A stretch of 64,000 nt of DNA from Vicinamibacteria bacterium (GTDB lineage Bacteria; Acidobacteriota; Vicinamibacteria; Marinacidobacterales; Marinacidobacteraceae). A program made the position numbers and the translations under genes. Location: positions 2,656,001-2,720,000 of the forward strand of contig CAXXLQ010000004.1 in assembly GCA_963668695.2 (NCBI GenBank). The letters are read 5' to 3'. This document shows positions 1 to 9,973 of this stretch, in pieces; the first letter of the stretch is position 1, and the number at the start of each line of letters is the position of its first letter. The notes under the pieces were generated by a model. The model was not told the DNA's origin. It saw only the letters and a list, made by a program, of their open reading frames with translations, and ran no database searches.

Positions 1-15
1 TGCAGCCGATTCCCG

Positions 16-1992
16 GTGGCCGTGTTCATCGCGGCTCTCTCCGTGGTCGCGTTTGGCCGCGGAGCGTCCGCCGGGGAAGACCGCCTCCTGGTCCTTGCGG
101 TGGATGGCGGCGGTTACGAGCTTGTTCAGGAGTTTCTCCGGGACGGAGTACTCCCGAACTTCTCCCGGCTTCGCGAGGAGGGGGCCTTTTCGGACGGCAT
201 GGTGACCGCCTTCCCCTCGAAAACTGCGGCGTCCTTCGCCATGATCTGGACCGGGCTCCCCGGGCGGGAAAGCGGAATCACCGGGAACTCGATCCTTGCG
301 CTGCCGGCGGCTTCCCATTCCCTGCTGGACACGCGCGACGGGTTCTCCGCCGCATGGCTCCGTACCGATCCGCTCTGGACGCGGGTGGCTCGCGCCGGCC
401 GTCGCGCCGTCGCGCTTCATACGACCCACACCTACCCACTCGATGCTGCATTGAGCCGGCTGCGTAGCGAAGAACGCGGACAGCTCTTCATCCTCACCGG
501 ATATGGAGACGTTCGGTTGCCTCCAGCGACCCTCAATGAGGTGCGCAATCCTTTCCTCACGGAGTCTCCGGTCCCTCTCGCCGAAGGACAGGAGTCCGCG
601 CGGGTTGGTGGCAGACCCGGGTTCTTCCGGTTCGAAGTGGGGGAGTCGCGTTTCCTCGGAGTCTTCCTCGATGATCCCCTGACTCCGGCGAGCGGCTGGG
701 ACACGTTCGGGGTGATGCAGGGGCCGGGCGAGCGGGATCCGGAAGCAGGAGCGCCGATCTGGCTCGCGCGGGTCGGGATAGGGCCCGACGCCGGCTTTTC
801 CGGGCCCATCAGCGCCGACTCCGGAGGCCGCCGCGTGGAGTTCCAGGTGCGAGCCTTCGCCGCGGCGCCCCCGGCCTCCGGATCTCCGGGGCAGTACGTC
901 GTTTTCCGCGGCGGAGCGAGCGAAGTAGCGATCCATCCGGAGGAGATGTGGCGAGAGCGGCTCGGCGAACCCGAGTGGCCCCGGACGGTTGGCGCCCCCG
1001 AGTACGCCTCGGGCCGGCTGGGCAGACCGAGGACGGAGGGTGGCGAGGGGATCGCCGAGTCGCGCCTTCTCGAAATAGCCGGCGCGATTGCGGATTCCGC
1101 GCTCGTCCACCTGGATGCCGCCGCGTCCGTGCCGGACTGGAACCTCATCGCTCTCTATTTGCCGATCGCCGACGAGATCGGCCATCTGCTCTACGGGAGG
1201 CTCGACGATCGGCTCGTTACGCATGATCTGTCGCTGGACCGAGCGCTCCGGCCGGTTCTCGCCGGAGCGTTCGGCGAGGTGGACCGCGTTCTCGGACGAA
1301 TGTTTGCGCTGGCCGAAGCGTCGGGGTCCCACCTCTTAGTGGTGAGCGATCACGGGATGTCCGGTACCGATCGGCTCCTGCACGTCAATGTGGCGCTTGA
1401 ACGGGCCGGGCTCCTGGCCTTCGGCCCCGACCGAACGGTGGATCTTTCGCGCACGAAGGCGATGCTGCTGACGACGGCGGACGGCAGCGTGGCCATCAAC
1501 CGGGCTTCACGTCCGCAGGGGATCGTGTCGCCGGATCAGGAACCGGAGGTGGCCGCCGCGGTTCGGGCCGCGCTCCTCGAGATTCGCAGCGACGGAGAAC
1601 CTGTCGTTACCGGTTTCCTCGTACCGAGCACCGATGGAAGGGTGCAGCCCGGCGGTCCAACGACCGGGGATCTCTTCCCCGTGTTGCGGCCGGGGTTCGT
1701 CCCCTCCGCCCGGTTCGCGGAAGACGTCGTGATGCCGGCCCGCGCGGCCGGGAACCACGGCTTCGCCCCCACCCGGCGCGACATGCTCGCGGTGCTGGCT
1801 GCCTGGGGGCCGAGGATTCCCCGGCAGTCGGAATGGCCACGGGCCAGTGCCCTGGATGTGGTTCCCACCGCACTGGATCTCCTGGGGCTGCCGGCGGATC
1901 CGACCCTGCCGGGGCGCTCGCTGCTCGGGGGAGCCCCGCTGGTCCGTCCCACCGGCGGCGCCCGGGGAACGCCGTCGCCCCGCGGACGTTAA
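16..1992 (+). CDS. Alkaline phosphatase superfamily / type I phosphodiesterase-nucleotide pyrophosphatase, secreted
   Basis: LAVDGG, FPSKT..IWTG (catalytic Thr), DEIGH, VVSDHGM and GNHG motifs; N-terminal signal-like segment; true start may lie slightly upstream. Confidence 0.85.
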   Translation: MAVFIAALSVVAFGRGASAGEDRLLVLAVDGGGYELVQEFLRDGVLPNFSRLREEGAFSDGMVTAFPSKTAASFAMIWTGLPGRESGITGNSILALPAASHSLLDTRDGFSAAWLRTDPLWTRVARAGRRAVALHTTHTYPLDAALSRLRSEERGQLFILTGYGDVRLPPATLNEVRNPFLTESPVPLAEGQESARVGGRPGFFRFEVGESRFLGVFLDDPLTPASGWDTFGVMQGPGERDPEAGAPIWLARVGIGPDAGFSGPISADSGGRRVEFQVRAFAAAPPASGSPGQYVVFRGGASEVAIHPEEMWRERLGEPEWPRTVGAPEYASGRLGRPRTEGGEGIAESRLLEIAGAIADSALVHLDAAASVPDWNLIALYLPIADEIGHLLYGRLDDRLVTHDLSLDRALRPVLAGAFGEVDRVLGRMFALAEASGSHLLVVSDHGMSGTDRLLHVNVALERAGLLAFGPDRTVDLSRTKAMLLTTADGSVAINRASRPQGIVSPDQEPEVAAAVRAALLEIRSDGEPVVTGFLVPSTDGRVQPGGPTTGDLFPVLRPGFVPSARFAEDVVMPARAAGNHGFAPTRRDMLAVLAAWGPRIPRQSEWPRASALDVVPTALDLLGLPADPTLPGRSLLGGAPLVRPTGGARGTPSPRGR

Positions 1993-1993
1993 G

Positions 1994-2244
1994 CAGCCTG
2001 TGGATAAAGTGGCGTGAGCGCCGAGAGCGGCGAGGCCCAGTTCTCCCGGTGGGGCCAGTTCTCCCGGTGGGGGCCCGGCTGACAAGGCGTGCGAGGGAGG
2101 AGCCCCCACCGGGAGAACTGGCCCGAGTGTCTTTCGACCGAAGCGCAACGATGAGCGACGGGAAACGGCGCGGTTCAGCCGGGATGGATCGCCGCTCGAG
2201 CCCCCACCGGGAGAACTGGGCCGCGGCACTTTGTTCACAGGTTG
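1994..2244 (+). mobile_element. MITE copy A (179-bp core enlarged by four micro-modules)
   Basis: Ends CAGCCTGTGGATAAAGTG / CACTTTGTTCACAGGTTG; internal GGCTGACAAGGCG..GAGGGAGGA..TTCGACCGAA.CGCAACG..GGTTCAGCCGGGATGGATCGCC shared with six other copies; begins right after the TAA of the upstream gene; flanks do not form a clean duplication. Confidence 0.85.
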
Positions 2245-2272
2245 CTCATTCCGGAATGCGTGCCAATACGCG

Positions 2273-3526
2273 ATGGATGTAGCCAGAGAGGGAGTCGCCG
2301 AGAATCGGCGCCGGCGGCGCCTTGTCTTCGGCGCGCTCGCGGGTGCCCTGTTCGTGGCGCTCGCCCTGTTCGCCCTCCGCTTGCAGCCGGCGGCCCCGAG
2401 CGTGGATCGGGAAACGGTTTTCATTGACACCGTACGTCGCGGAGAGATGTTGCTGACGGTGCGGGGACCGGGCACGCTGGTGCCGGTAGAGGTTCGGCGG
2501 ATCGCGGCGGGAAGCTCCGGGAGGGTCGCTCGCGTGCATGCGCTCCCCGGGGTCCGGGTGGAGTCCGATACGGTGATTCTGACGCTCGAGAATCAGAACC
2601 TGGCTCAAGAACTGACGGGGGCGGAGCTGGAACTCGCGGCCGCCGAGGCAAATCTGGACGACCGGCGAGTTCAGTTGCGCCGTCAGGTGCTGAATCAGCG
2701 ATCACTGCTCGCCTCGGTCGACGCGGAAGCCCGCCAGGCCGCCCTCGACGCGGAGGCGGACGCCGAGATCTACGCGGAGGGGATCATCGGCCGGATCGCT
2801 CTGGAAGACAGTCAAGACGCCGCTGCGGAACTCGGGACACGAGCTCGGCACGAAGCCGAACGACTTCGGCTCGCCGAAGCGGTGGCGGCGGCGGAGCTCG
2901 CGGCCGAAGAGGCGGGCGTCGCGCGACTCCGCGCCGTTTTCGAGCTGAAACGCGAACTCGTCTCACGGCTCGAGGTTCGCGCAGGAATTGCGGGCGTCCT
3001 TCAGGAGGTGTCTGCGGAGGCCGGCCAGCAGGTATCGGAGGGCGACAACCTCGCTCGGGTCGCCGAACCCGATCACCTGAAGGCGGAACTGAGAATCGCC
3101 GAAGTCCAGGCGAAGGACATCGAAATCGGGCAAACGGCGCGGGTGGACACCCGGAACGGAATCGTCGCCGGTCGCGTAACCCGAGTGGAGCCCACGGTCC
3201 GCGACGGCGCCGTGATCGTGGATGTGCAGTTGACCGATGACTTGCCGCGCGGAGCCCGTAGCGAACTCTCGGTAGATGGTCTCGTTGAGATTGAGAGCCT
3301 CGACGACGTGCTGCACGTGGGACGTCCCGCGTTCGGGCAGGAGGGGGAAGTGGTGGACCTGTTCCGGCTGGTTGCCGGCGGGGACCACGCGGTGCGGGTA
3401 CGGGTGCTCCTCGGCAAGGCTTCGGTCAACACCGTAGAGATCCGCGAGGGGCTGGCGGAGGGCGACACCGTGATCCTCTCCGACACCTCGGCCTGGGAGG
3501 GGCAGGACCGTATCCGTCTACGATGA
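2273..3526 (+). CDS. Efflux RND/HlyD-family periplasmic adaptor subunit
   Basis: N-terminal TM, VRGPGTLVP, coiled coil, lipoyl-like half motif (GQQVSEGDNLARV), GL.EGD.VI C-terminus; ATG at 2273 preferred because the ORF start at 2231 lies inside the MITE. Confidence 0.85.
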   Translation: MDVAREGVAENRRRRRLVFGALAGALFVALALFALRLQPAAPSVDRETVFIDTVRRGEMLLTVRGPGTLVPVEVRRIAAGSSGRVARVHALPGVRVESDTVILTLENQNLAQELTGAELELAAAEANLDDRRVQLRRQVLNQRSLLASVDAEARQAALDAEADAEIYAEGIIGRIALEDSQDAAAELGTRARHEAERLRLAEAVAAAELAAEEAGVARLRAVFELKRELVSRLEVRAGIAGVLQEVSAEAGQQVSEGDNLARVAEPDHLKAELRIAEVQAKDIEIGQTARVDTRNGIVAGRVTRVEPTVRDGAVIVDVQLTDDLPRGARSELSVDGLVEIESLDDVLHVGRPAFGQEGEVVDLFRLVAGGDHAVRVRVLLGKASVNTVEIREGLAEGDTVILSDTSAWEGQDRIRLR

Positions 3527-3572
3527 TCGCCCTCGAATTCAACCCACCGACCGGAAAACGGCCGAGAATGGG

Positions 3573-4286
3573 ATGTCCAACTCGGCGCCGAAAGGAGAAC
3601 CCGTGCCCGACCCCGTCATCCGACTGACCGGAATCAGCAAGATCTTCTATACCGATGAGGTCGAAACTCACGCCCTTGCCGAGGTGAGTCTCAGCTTCGA
3701 CGCCGGCGACTATGTGGCGATCTCAGGCCCTTCGGGGTGCGGCAAATCCACGCTGCTTTCGATACTGGGCCTGTTGGACACGCCGAACGCCGGGGAATAC
3801 CTGCTGAATGGTCGCTCGGTGGCGAATCTCGGACTGACCGAACGGGCGCGGATTCGCAACCGGGAAGTCGGGTTCATCTTCCAGGCGTTCAACCTGATCG
3901 GTGACCTCACCGTGTTCGAGAACGTGGAGTTGCCGCTCGTGTACCGGGGAACTCCCGCCGGCGAGCGGAAACGGCGGACCCTCGAGGCCCTGGAGCGCGT
4001 GGGGATGTCCCACCGCCGGAAGCACTTCCCGTCCCAGTTGTCAGGAGGCCAGCAGCAGCGGGTCGCGGTGGCCCGGGCGGTCGTGGGAGAACCCTCGATC
4101 CTTCTCGCCGACGAGCCGACAGGGAATCTGGACTCGAAGAACGGCACCGAGGTCATGGACATGCTCGACACGCTCCATCAGGGGGGAGCGACCATCTGCA
4201 TGGTTACCCACGATCCGCGCTACGCCGACCGCGCCGCCCGGAGCATCCACCTGTTCGACGGGCGCATCGTGTCGAGCGCGGCCTGA
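3573..4286 (+). CDS. ABC transporter ATP-binding protein (MacB/LolD-like)
   Basis: [33 protein letters not shown]. Confidence 0.93.
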   Translation: MSNSAPKGEPVPDPVIRLTGISKIFYTDEVETHALAEVSLSFDAGDYVAISGPSGCGKSTLLSILGLLDTPNAGEYLLNGRSVANLGLTERARIRNREVGFIFQAFNLIGDLTVFENVELPLVYRGTPAGERKRRTLEALERVGMSHRRKHFPSQLSGGQQQRVAVARAVVGEPSILLADEPTGNLDSKNGTEVMDMLDTLHQGGATICMVTHDPRYADRAARSIHLFDGRIVSSAA

Positions 4287-4316
4287 CCGGCGCCGGCCCG
4301 TAGAATCCCGACCGTC

Positions 4317-6209
4317 ATGGGTCGGCTCGACGCGCGCGTGGTTTCGGGGGAGGAACTGCGCCGATTCGAGAAGAGGTTGTTCACCGATCTGCGGAAGCTG
4401 AGCGACATGATCCAAGAGGGAAGAATCGAGGAGGGGGTCTATCGGGTCGGCGTCGAGCAGGAGATGTTCCTGATCGGGGACGGGAACCGTCCCGCGCCGA
4501 TGGCGATGGAGGTTCTGAAGGAGCTGGACGACCCCTCATTCACCACCGAGATCGCCCGCTTCAACCTCGAGGCGAACCTGGAACCGATGCTGATGTCCGG
4601 GGACATCCTTTCGCGGACGGAAAAACGCCTCGAAGAGGTCATGAGCGCCGCAGCCGAAGCGGCGCGCCGCGTAGGGGTGGATGTGTGTCTGACCGGCATC
4701 CTGCCGACGCTGCGGCTTTCGGACATGACGCTCGACAACATGACGCCGCTGGCGCGTTACCACGCGCTCAACGAGGCTCTGAGCCGGCTCCGCGGGTATG
4801 AGCCGTACCACCTCCATATGGAGGGGGCCGACGAGATCCACTCGACCCACGACAACGTCATGCCCGAGGGTTGCAACGCCAGCTTCCAGATCCATCTGCA
4901 GGTCGGCGCGGCGGAATTCTCCCGGCTCTACAACCTGGCGCAGCTCGTTACCGCGCCGATCCTCGCCTGCTCCTGCAATTCGCCTCTGCTCTTCGGACGC
5001 CGGCTCTGGCGGGAGACCCGGATCGGGCTCTTCCAGCAGAGTCTGGATACCCGCGGCGCCCGCGCCACGGAACGCCAACGGGCGGCGCGCGGCGCGTTCG
5101 GCCGCGACTGGATAAGCGGCGGCGTGCTCGAGATCCTGCGGGAGAACATCACCCACCACTCGGTGCTGCTCGATGCCGGAGAGGAGCACGAGGACGATGA
5201 AGATCCGCCCCGCCTTTCTGCGCTGACGCTCCACAACGGCACCGTCTGGCGCTGGAATCGTCCCTGCTACGGAGTGACCGAAGGCAAACCCCACCTGCGT
5301 ATCGAAAGCCGCTACCTGCCCTCCGGGCCGACCATTCCGGACGAAGTGGCCAACATGGCGCTGTGGCTCGGGCTGATGAGCGCGCTCTCCGGTGATGGCG
5401 TCGAACCGCACGAGGCCATCCCCTTCGCCGACGTGGCGGAGAACTTCCTGGCGGCCAGCAGGTTGGGACAAAAGGCGGAACTGACCTGGCTCGACGGGAA
5501 GCATTGGCCCGTCCGCGATCTGCTGCTCGAGGACCTCCTCCCCCGGGCGCGCGACGGGCTCGCCCGGAAACAGGTGGACTCCTCTGATATCGATCACTAC
5601 ATCGGCATCGTCGAGGAGAGGGTCCGAACCGGCCGTTCCGGGGCGCGCTGGATGCTCGACGGCTATGAGTCGCTGCGGAGCCATGCGTCCCTCTCGGAGC
5701 GGCTGAGTGCGATCACCGGCGCCGCCCGCCGGCAGCAGGGAGCCGGGATCCCGGTTGCCCGCTGGGAACTCCCAACGCTCGGTGACTCGGGCGGGTGGAA
5801 GCATCACTACCTTCGCGTTGACCAGTTCATGACCCGGGACATTCTCACGGTCCACCCCGACGAATCCGTCCGCCGCGCCGCCATCCTCATGGATTACGGT
5901 CGGATTCGGCATGTCCCGGTGGAAGAGAACGAGAAGCTGGTGGGCATCGTCTCCTACCGGACGATCATCAAGCTGGTCGCCGAAAGCGGTCTCGATGAGA
6001 ACGAGTTCCTCTCGGTGCGCGAGGTAATGAAGAAAGACCCGATCAGCATTCCCCCCTCGACTCCATCGATGGACGCGATCCGTCTCATGAACGACAGGGG
6101 TGTGGGGTCGCTTCCCGTGGTGGAGGACGGCCGGCTGGTGGGCATCGTGACGGAGCACGACTTCACATTCATCGCCCGCGGCCTCCTGGAGGAAAAACTC
6201 GCGGAGTAG
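4317..6209 (+). CDS. Glutamate-cysteine ligase family 2 protein with C-terminal CBS pair
   Basis: GVEQE, EIARFNLE, FQIHLQV, WRWNRPCY, HLRIESR; two CBS domains (RHVPV..LVGIVS, SLPVV..LVGIVT). Confidence 0.85.
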   Translation: MGRLDARVVSGEELRRFEKRLFTDLRKLSDMIQEGRIEEGVYRVGVEQEMFLIGDGNRPAPMAMEVLKELDDPSFTTEIARFNLEANLEPMLMSGDILSRTEKRLEEVMSAAAEAARRVGVDVCLTGILPTLRLSDMTLDNMTPLARYHALNEALSRLRGYEPYHLHMEGADEIHSTHDNVMPEGCNASFQIHLQVGAAEFSRLYNLAQLVTAPILACSCNSPLLFGRRLWRETRIGLFQQSLDTRGARATERQRAARGAFGRDWISGGVLEILRENITHHSVLLDAGEEHEDDEDPPRLSALTLHNGTVWRWNRPCYGVTEGKPHLRIESRYLPSGPTIPDEVANMALWLGLMSALSGDGVEPHEAIPFADVAENFLAASRLGQKAELTWLDGKHWPVRDLLLEDLLPRARDGLARKQVDSSDIDHYIGIVEERVRTGRSGARWMLDGYESLRSHASLSERLSAITGAARRQQGAGIPVARWELPTLGDSGGWKHHYLRVDQFMTRDILTVHPDESVRRAAILMDYGRIRHVPVEENEKLVGIVSYRTIIKLVAESGLDENEFLSVREVMKKDPISIPPSTPSMDAIRLMNDRGVGSLPVVEDGRLVGIVTEHDFTFIARGLLEEKLAE

Positions 6210-6436
6210 GAGCGCCGGTGTTCACACCGGCATCGCGGCCGGAGGCCGCGAGACTCACAGCGCCATGATCGTCTGTTGCCCGGACCTATCCGGCGATGGC
6301 GGAGCGTTCTTCCCGATTGCGCTGGTGGCGCCGGGCCGTCCCCGCCGCCTGCAACGAAATGCGGACAAGGGCGAGGGCGACGGGATTCCTTTTCCCCGGG
6401 GGGACGGCCCAACCGGGAGAATTGGCCGGCGTTCCC
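6209..6436. repeat. REP-like palindromes in inverted pair (6209-6254 +; ~6406-6436 -, the latter carrying a micro-module)
   Basis: GGAGCGCCGG-TGTTCACA-CCGGCA followed by hairpin TCGCGGCC-GGA-GGCCGCGA-GAC; reverse GGGAACGCCGGCC at 6424-6436; lies between convergent genes. Confidence 0.7.
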
Positions 6437-6441
6437 TTCCC

Positions 6442-9400
6442 CTACCGCGACTCCCCGCTACCCGTGGGCAAGACCGGCGCCAGACCCGCCCCGGACAGGT
6501 GTTCGTTGAACGCTGCGAGTTCGTCGCCGACGAGCTGATCGAGCATCTCCCGAGTGTCGGTGAGTTCCTGCTCGTAGAGAGCCAGCACTTCAAGGTGCTG
6601 ATCCGTAGGCCGGTGATCGCTCCCGCCGATGTAGCCGTGGAGACTGCTCAGCTTGGCGTGGAGCCTCCTGGGCCAGCGGAGGGTGTCCTGCCCGGCGTTT
6701 TCGCCGGTTAACCGCAGCTCGAAGAAGCGGGCTTCCAGTTCCATCAGCGCGCTGTCGTATTCCCCGGCCGCGACCTCCACGCTCGCGGTGAGGGCAAACC
6801 CCAGGGCGCGCCGGTCCGCGGTCTGCTTCCGCAGCCACTCGATCTCTTCGATCATCGTCCCGACCGCGCCGACCATCTTCTGGATCCGCAGGAGGGTCCC
6901 GACCTGCTCGCGGATCTGCGCTCCCCCTTCCGGAGCTTCGGGGTCCGCCCGGACCGCCAGGGGCTCTTCGAACGATTCGTCACCCACCCGGAGCCTCACG
7001 GTGTACGTGCCGGGAGGGAGCAGGGTCGACACCGGGCGCGACTCGGTCAGCAGGCGAAAGCCCCGGGCCGGCAGCACGTGGTGGGCGCTTCCGAGGGGCG
7101 GGGTCCGGAGGCGGGGCTGCTGCGTCGGTTCGTTGCGCAGGTTCCAAACCACCCGGTGGAGTCCCGCGGAACTCTCGCCTTCGAGAGTGCGCACCGTTTC
7201 TCCCGTGGAGTCCACGATCTCGACGGACACCTCGTCTGCCTGATCCTCAGCGAGCCGATAGTGGATCGTTGCTCCGTAGGGCGGGTTCTCGCCGGCGCCG
7301 GGATCCTCGGGCTGGCTCATGGGACTCGGGCGCATGCGAAAACGCCACGCCTCCCGCGGCTCGAACAGATGGGCCGGGGCATCTTCGACCGCCGAGGTCA
7401 ACTGCCGGATGGGCGTAATGTCGTCCAGAATCCAGAAGCCCCGCCCGTAGGTGGCCGCCACCAGGTCCGAGAACCCCTCCTGGATCGTGAGCCAGTGCAC
7501 CGGAGCGTGGGGCAGGTTGGACTGCAGGGACTCGAAGGTCTCGCCGTCGTCCAAGGACACGTACACGGCGTTCTCGGTCCCGAGGAACAGGAGACCGGGA
7601 CGCACCGGGTCCTCACGCAGGGTGTGCGCGTAGCTGTGGGTGTGCTGTGGGGTGTTCTCTCCCAGCCGCCGCCAACTCGCACCGAAGTTCTCGGTCTTGT
7701 AGGCGTAGGTGTTGGTGTCGCCGATCTGGTGCAGATCCACCGTCACGTAGGCGGCGCCCGCCGCGTGGCGGGAGGGCTCGATGCTGCTGAAGGTCCCGAG
7801 CGGCGGGAGCCCGGGGAGGTTCGCCGAGACGTCGTCCCACGATTCCCCGCTATTCCGGGATACGTGGATCCTGCCGTCGTTGCTCCCCGCCCAGAGGACG
7901 CCGGCGGTATGGGACGACTCGGCCAGTGAGAAGAGCACCGCGGCGTAGGTGGGGCTCACGTCGTCGAAGGTCAGGCCGCCGGTCTTTAGCTGAAGGTCGG
8001 GGTCGTCGGTCGTCAGGTCCGGGCTGATCGCTTCCCAGCTCTGCCCGCCGTCGGTGGTTACGTGCACCCGCTGGCTGCCGGCGTACACCCGATCGGAGTC
8101 GTGGGGAGAGATCTGGATCGGGAACGTCCACTGGAAGCGGTCCCGCAGCTCGCTGGCCGCCCATCCCTCCGGGTTGTCGGGCCAGACGCTTACATTGCGG
8201 GCCTGCCCGGTGCGGTCCTCGTAGCGTTCGAGGATCCCCTCGAAACAACCCGACCAGATGACCCCCGGATCGCTGGGATCCGGGATCGCGAAACCGGACT
8301 CGCAGCCCCCCACCGGCCCCCAGGCGCCGATGGGGATGCCGCCACCGGTCAGGCTGTTGGACGGCCCGCGGGAAGAGGGACCGTCCTGACGGTTCCCCAT
8401 GACCTGGTAAGGGATCCGGTTGTCCGTGTACACGTGGTACATCTGGGCGATCGGCAGCCGGGGGCGGTGCCAGGTCTCGCCGCGGTTCGTGGAGATGCTG
8501 ACCCCGCCGTCGTGCCCCACGATCATCCGGTCTGGCTGGTCAGGGGCGATCCACATGTCGTGGTGGTCGCCGCCCGAGTTGTTCAGGAACGTCGTGAGTC
8601 CGCCGTCGGTGGTCGTGGTGTGCCGGGTGGCGAGGAAATGCGCCTCGTCGGCGTCGTCGGGTGCGGCCACCACCCGGGTGTAGTAGTGGGGCCGCTGCAT
8701 CAGCGTGTGGTCCCGGCTCGCGAGCTGCCAGTTGTTCCCGCCGTCGTCCGACCGCCAGAGCACGCCGTCTTGTTCGTCAAGCGGAGCGAACTCCTCGTTC
8801 GAGCTGGTTTCGATAAGCGCGTAAATGCGGCGCGGGTCCTCGGCGGTAAGGGAGAGCGCGACCTTGCCCCAGGGACGTTGTGGAAGTCCGTTCCCTTCGA
8901 GCCGCTCCCAGGTATCGCCGCTGTCCCGGCTCCGGAAGATGCCGCTGCCCGGCCCGCCGCTCTCCCGGCCCCAGGTCCACATCCGCATCTGCCACATCCC
9001 CGCGAACAGCAGGCTCGGGTTTGCCGGGCTGATGACGACCTCCGAGGCGCCCGTGTTCTCGTCCACGAACAGGACCCGCTCCCAGGTTCCCCCGCCGTCG
9101 GTCGTCCGGAAGATCCCCCGCTCCTCCTGTGGCCCGTAGAGGTGGCCGAGGGCGGCAACCCACGCGGTATCGGGGTCGGACGGGTGGGTGACGATCCGCG
9201 AGATCCGGCCGGTGGCGTCCAGTCCGGTGTGGGTCCAGTTCTCGCCGGCGTCCGTCGAGCGGTACACGCCGTTGCCGAGCGAGACGTTGCTCCGGATGTG
9301 GGCCTCGCCGGTGCCTACCCACACGACGTTCGGATCGGCGGTGGATACCGCGATCGCCCCCACCGAGAGCACGGGCTGGTCGTCGAAGACCGGAGCCCAG

Positions 9401-9609
9401 TGGATTCCGCCGTCGGTCGTCTTGAACACTCCGCCGGAGGCCGCCCCGAAGTAGTAGGTGTTCGGGTCCCCGGAAACTCCGTACACCGCAGGAACCCGGT
9501 TCCCGACCGGACCGATGTGCCGCCAGCGGAGGGCGTCGAAGCGGCCCTCGGCGGCGAAGGCCGAGGCCGCGCAAAGGAGGACGAGACCGGACAGGGGAGC
9601 AAGGCGCAT
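6442..9609 (-). CDS. VPS10/sialidase-like BNR (Asp-box) repeat glycosyl hydrolase, secreted
   Basis: Many S/T.D.G..W Asp boxes; WRHIGP N-terminus; signal peptide MRLAPLSGLVLLCAASAFA (start 9609 preferred over 9750). Confidence 0.88.
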   Translation of the reverse strand: MRLAPLSGLVLLCAASAFAAEGRFDALRWRHIGPVGNRVPAVYGVSGDPNTYYFGAASGGVFKTTDGGIHWAPVFDDQPVLSVGAIAVSTADPNVVWVGTGEAHIRSNVSLGNGVYRSTDAGENWTHTGLDATGRISRIVTHPSDPDTAWVAALGHLYGPQEERGIFRTTDGGGTWERVLFVDENTGASEVVISPANPSLLFAGMWQMRMWTWGRESGGPGSGIFRSRDSGDTWERLEGNGLPQRPWGKVALSLTAEDPRRIYALIETSSNEEFAPLDEQDGVLWRSDDGGNNWQLASRDHTLMQRPHYYTRVVAAPDDADEAHFLATRHTTTTDGGLTTFLNNSGGDHHDMWIAPDQPDRMIVGHDGGVSISTNRGETWHRPRLPIAQMYHVYTDNRIPYQVMGNRQDGPSSRGPSNSLTGGGIPIGAWGPVGGCESGFAIPDPSDPGVIWSGCFEGILERYEDRTGQARNVSVWPDNPEGWAASELRDRFQWTFPIQISPHDSDRVYAGSQRVHVTTDGGQSWEAISPDLTTDDPDLQLKTGGLTFDDVSPTYAAVLFSLAESSHTAGVLWAGSNDGRIHVSRNSGESWDDVSANLPGLPPLGTFSSIEPSRHAAGAAYVTVDLHQIGDTNTYAYKTENFGASWRRLGENTPQHTHSYAHTLREDPVRPGLLFLGTENAVYVSLDDGETFESLQSNLPHAPVHWLTIQEGFSDLVAATYGRGFWILDDITPIRQLTSAVEDAPAHLFEPREAWRFRMRPSPMSQPEDPGAGENPPYGATIHYRLAEDQADEVSVEIVDSTGETVRTLEGESSAGLHRVVWNLRNEPTQQPRLRTPPLGSAHHVLPARGFRLLTESRPVSTLLPPGTYTVRLRVGDESFEEPLAVRADPEAPEGGAQIREQVGTLLRIQKMVGAVGTMIEEIEWLRKQTADRRALGFALTASVEVAAGEYDSALMELEARFFELRLTGENAGQDTLRWPRRLHAKLSSLHGYIGGSDHRPTDQHLEVLALYEQELTDTREMLDQLVGDELAAFNEHLSGAGLAPVLPTGSGESR

Positions 9610-9804
9610 CGGCGAAGTTTCCCGCATTCCGGGCACTGGCCAAGCACGCCGGAAGGCGGAAAGGTCAGGGACCGCCGCCCTCTGGTCGGCATCGCCGCCG
9701 TTTTGCGGCGGCGACGACGCGTTGGGCCGCTCAGCCCTGTGGTGCCCCAACCGTCTGGGCCAGGAACGTACCTGTTGCTCGATTACATCCGGGTCGCCAG
9801 CTAT

Positions 9805-9855
9805 CGAATCGCCTGTAAATCCGTTCGCGTTGTGAACAAATTTACAGGCGATTCG
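9805..9855. repeat. Perfect 16-bp inverted repeat in an AT-richer intergenic patch
   Basis: CGAATCGCCTGTAAAT (9805-9820) / ATTTACAGGCGATTCG (9840-9855). Confidence 0.8.
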
Positions 9856-9973
9856 TTCGCATCTAGGGATGTGAGAGTGAGGCGTCAGCCTCAGCTCTCA
9901 CATCTTGGGCGATTTCGCTGCGCTGCCGCGCAGCGGTGCCGGCCTGAAGACCGGCTTTCCCTTCCTGGCGTCA

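Noticed and set aside
2250-2268. Sigma-54 promoter (TGGCACG on the minus strand)
   Set aside because: No TTGC at -12 and it points away from the adaptor gene.
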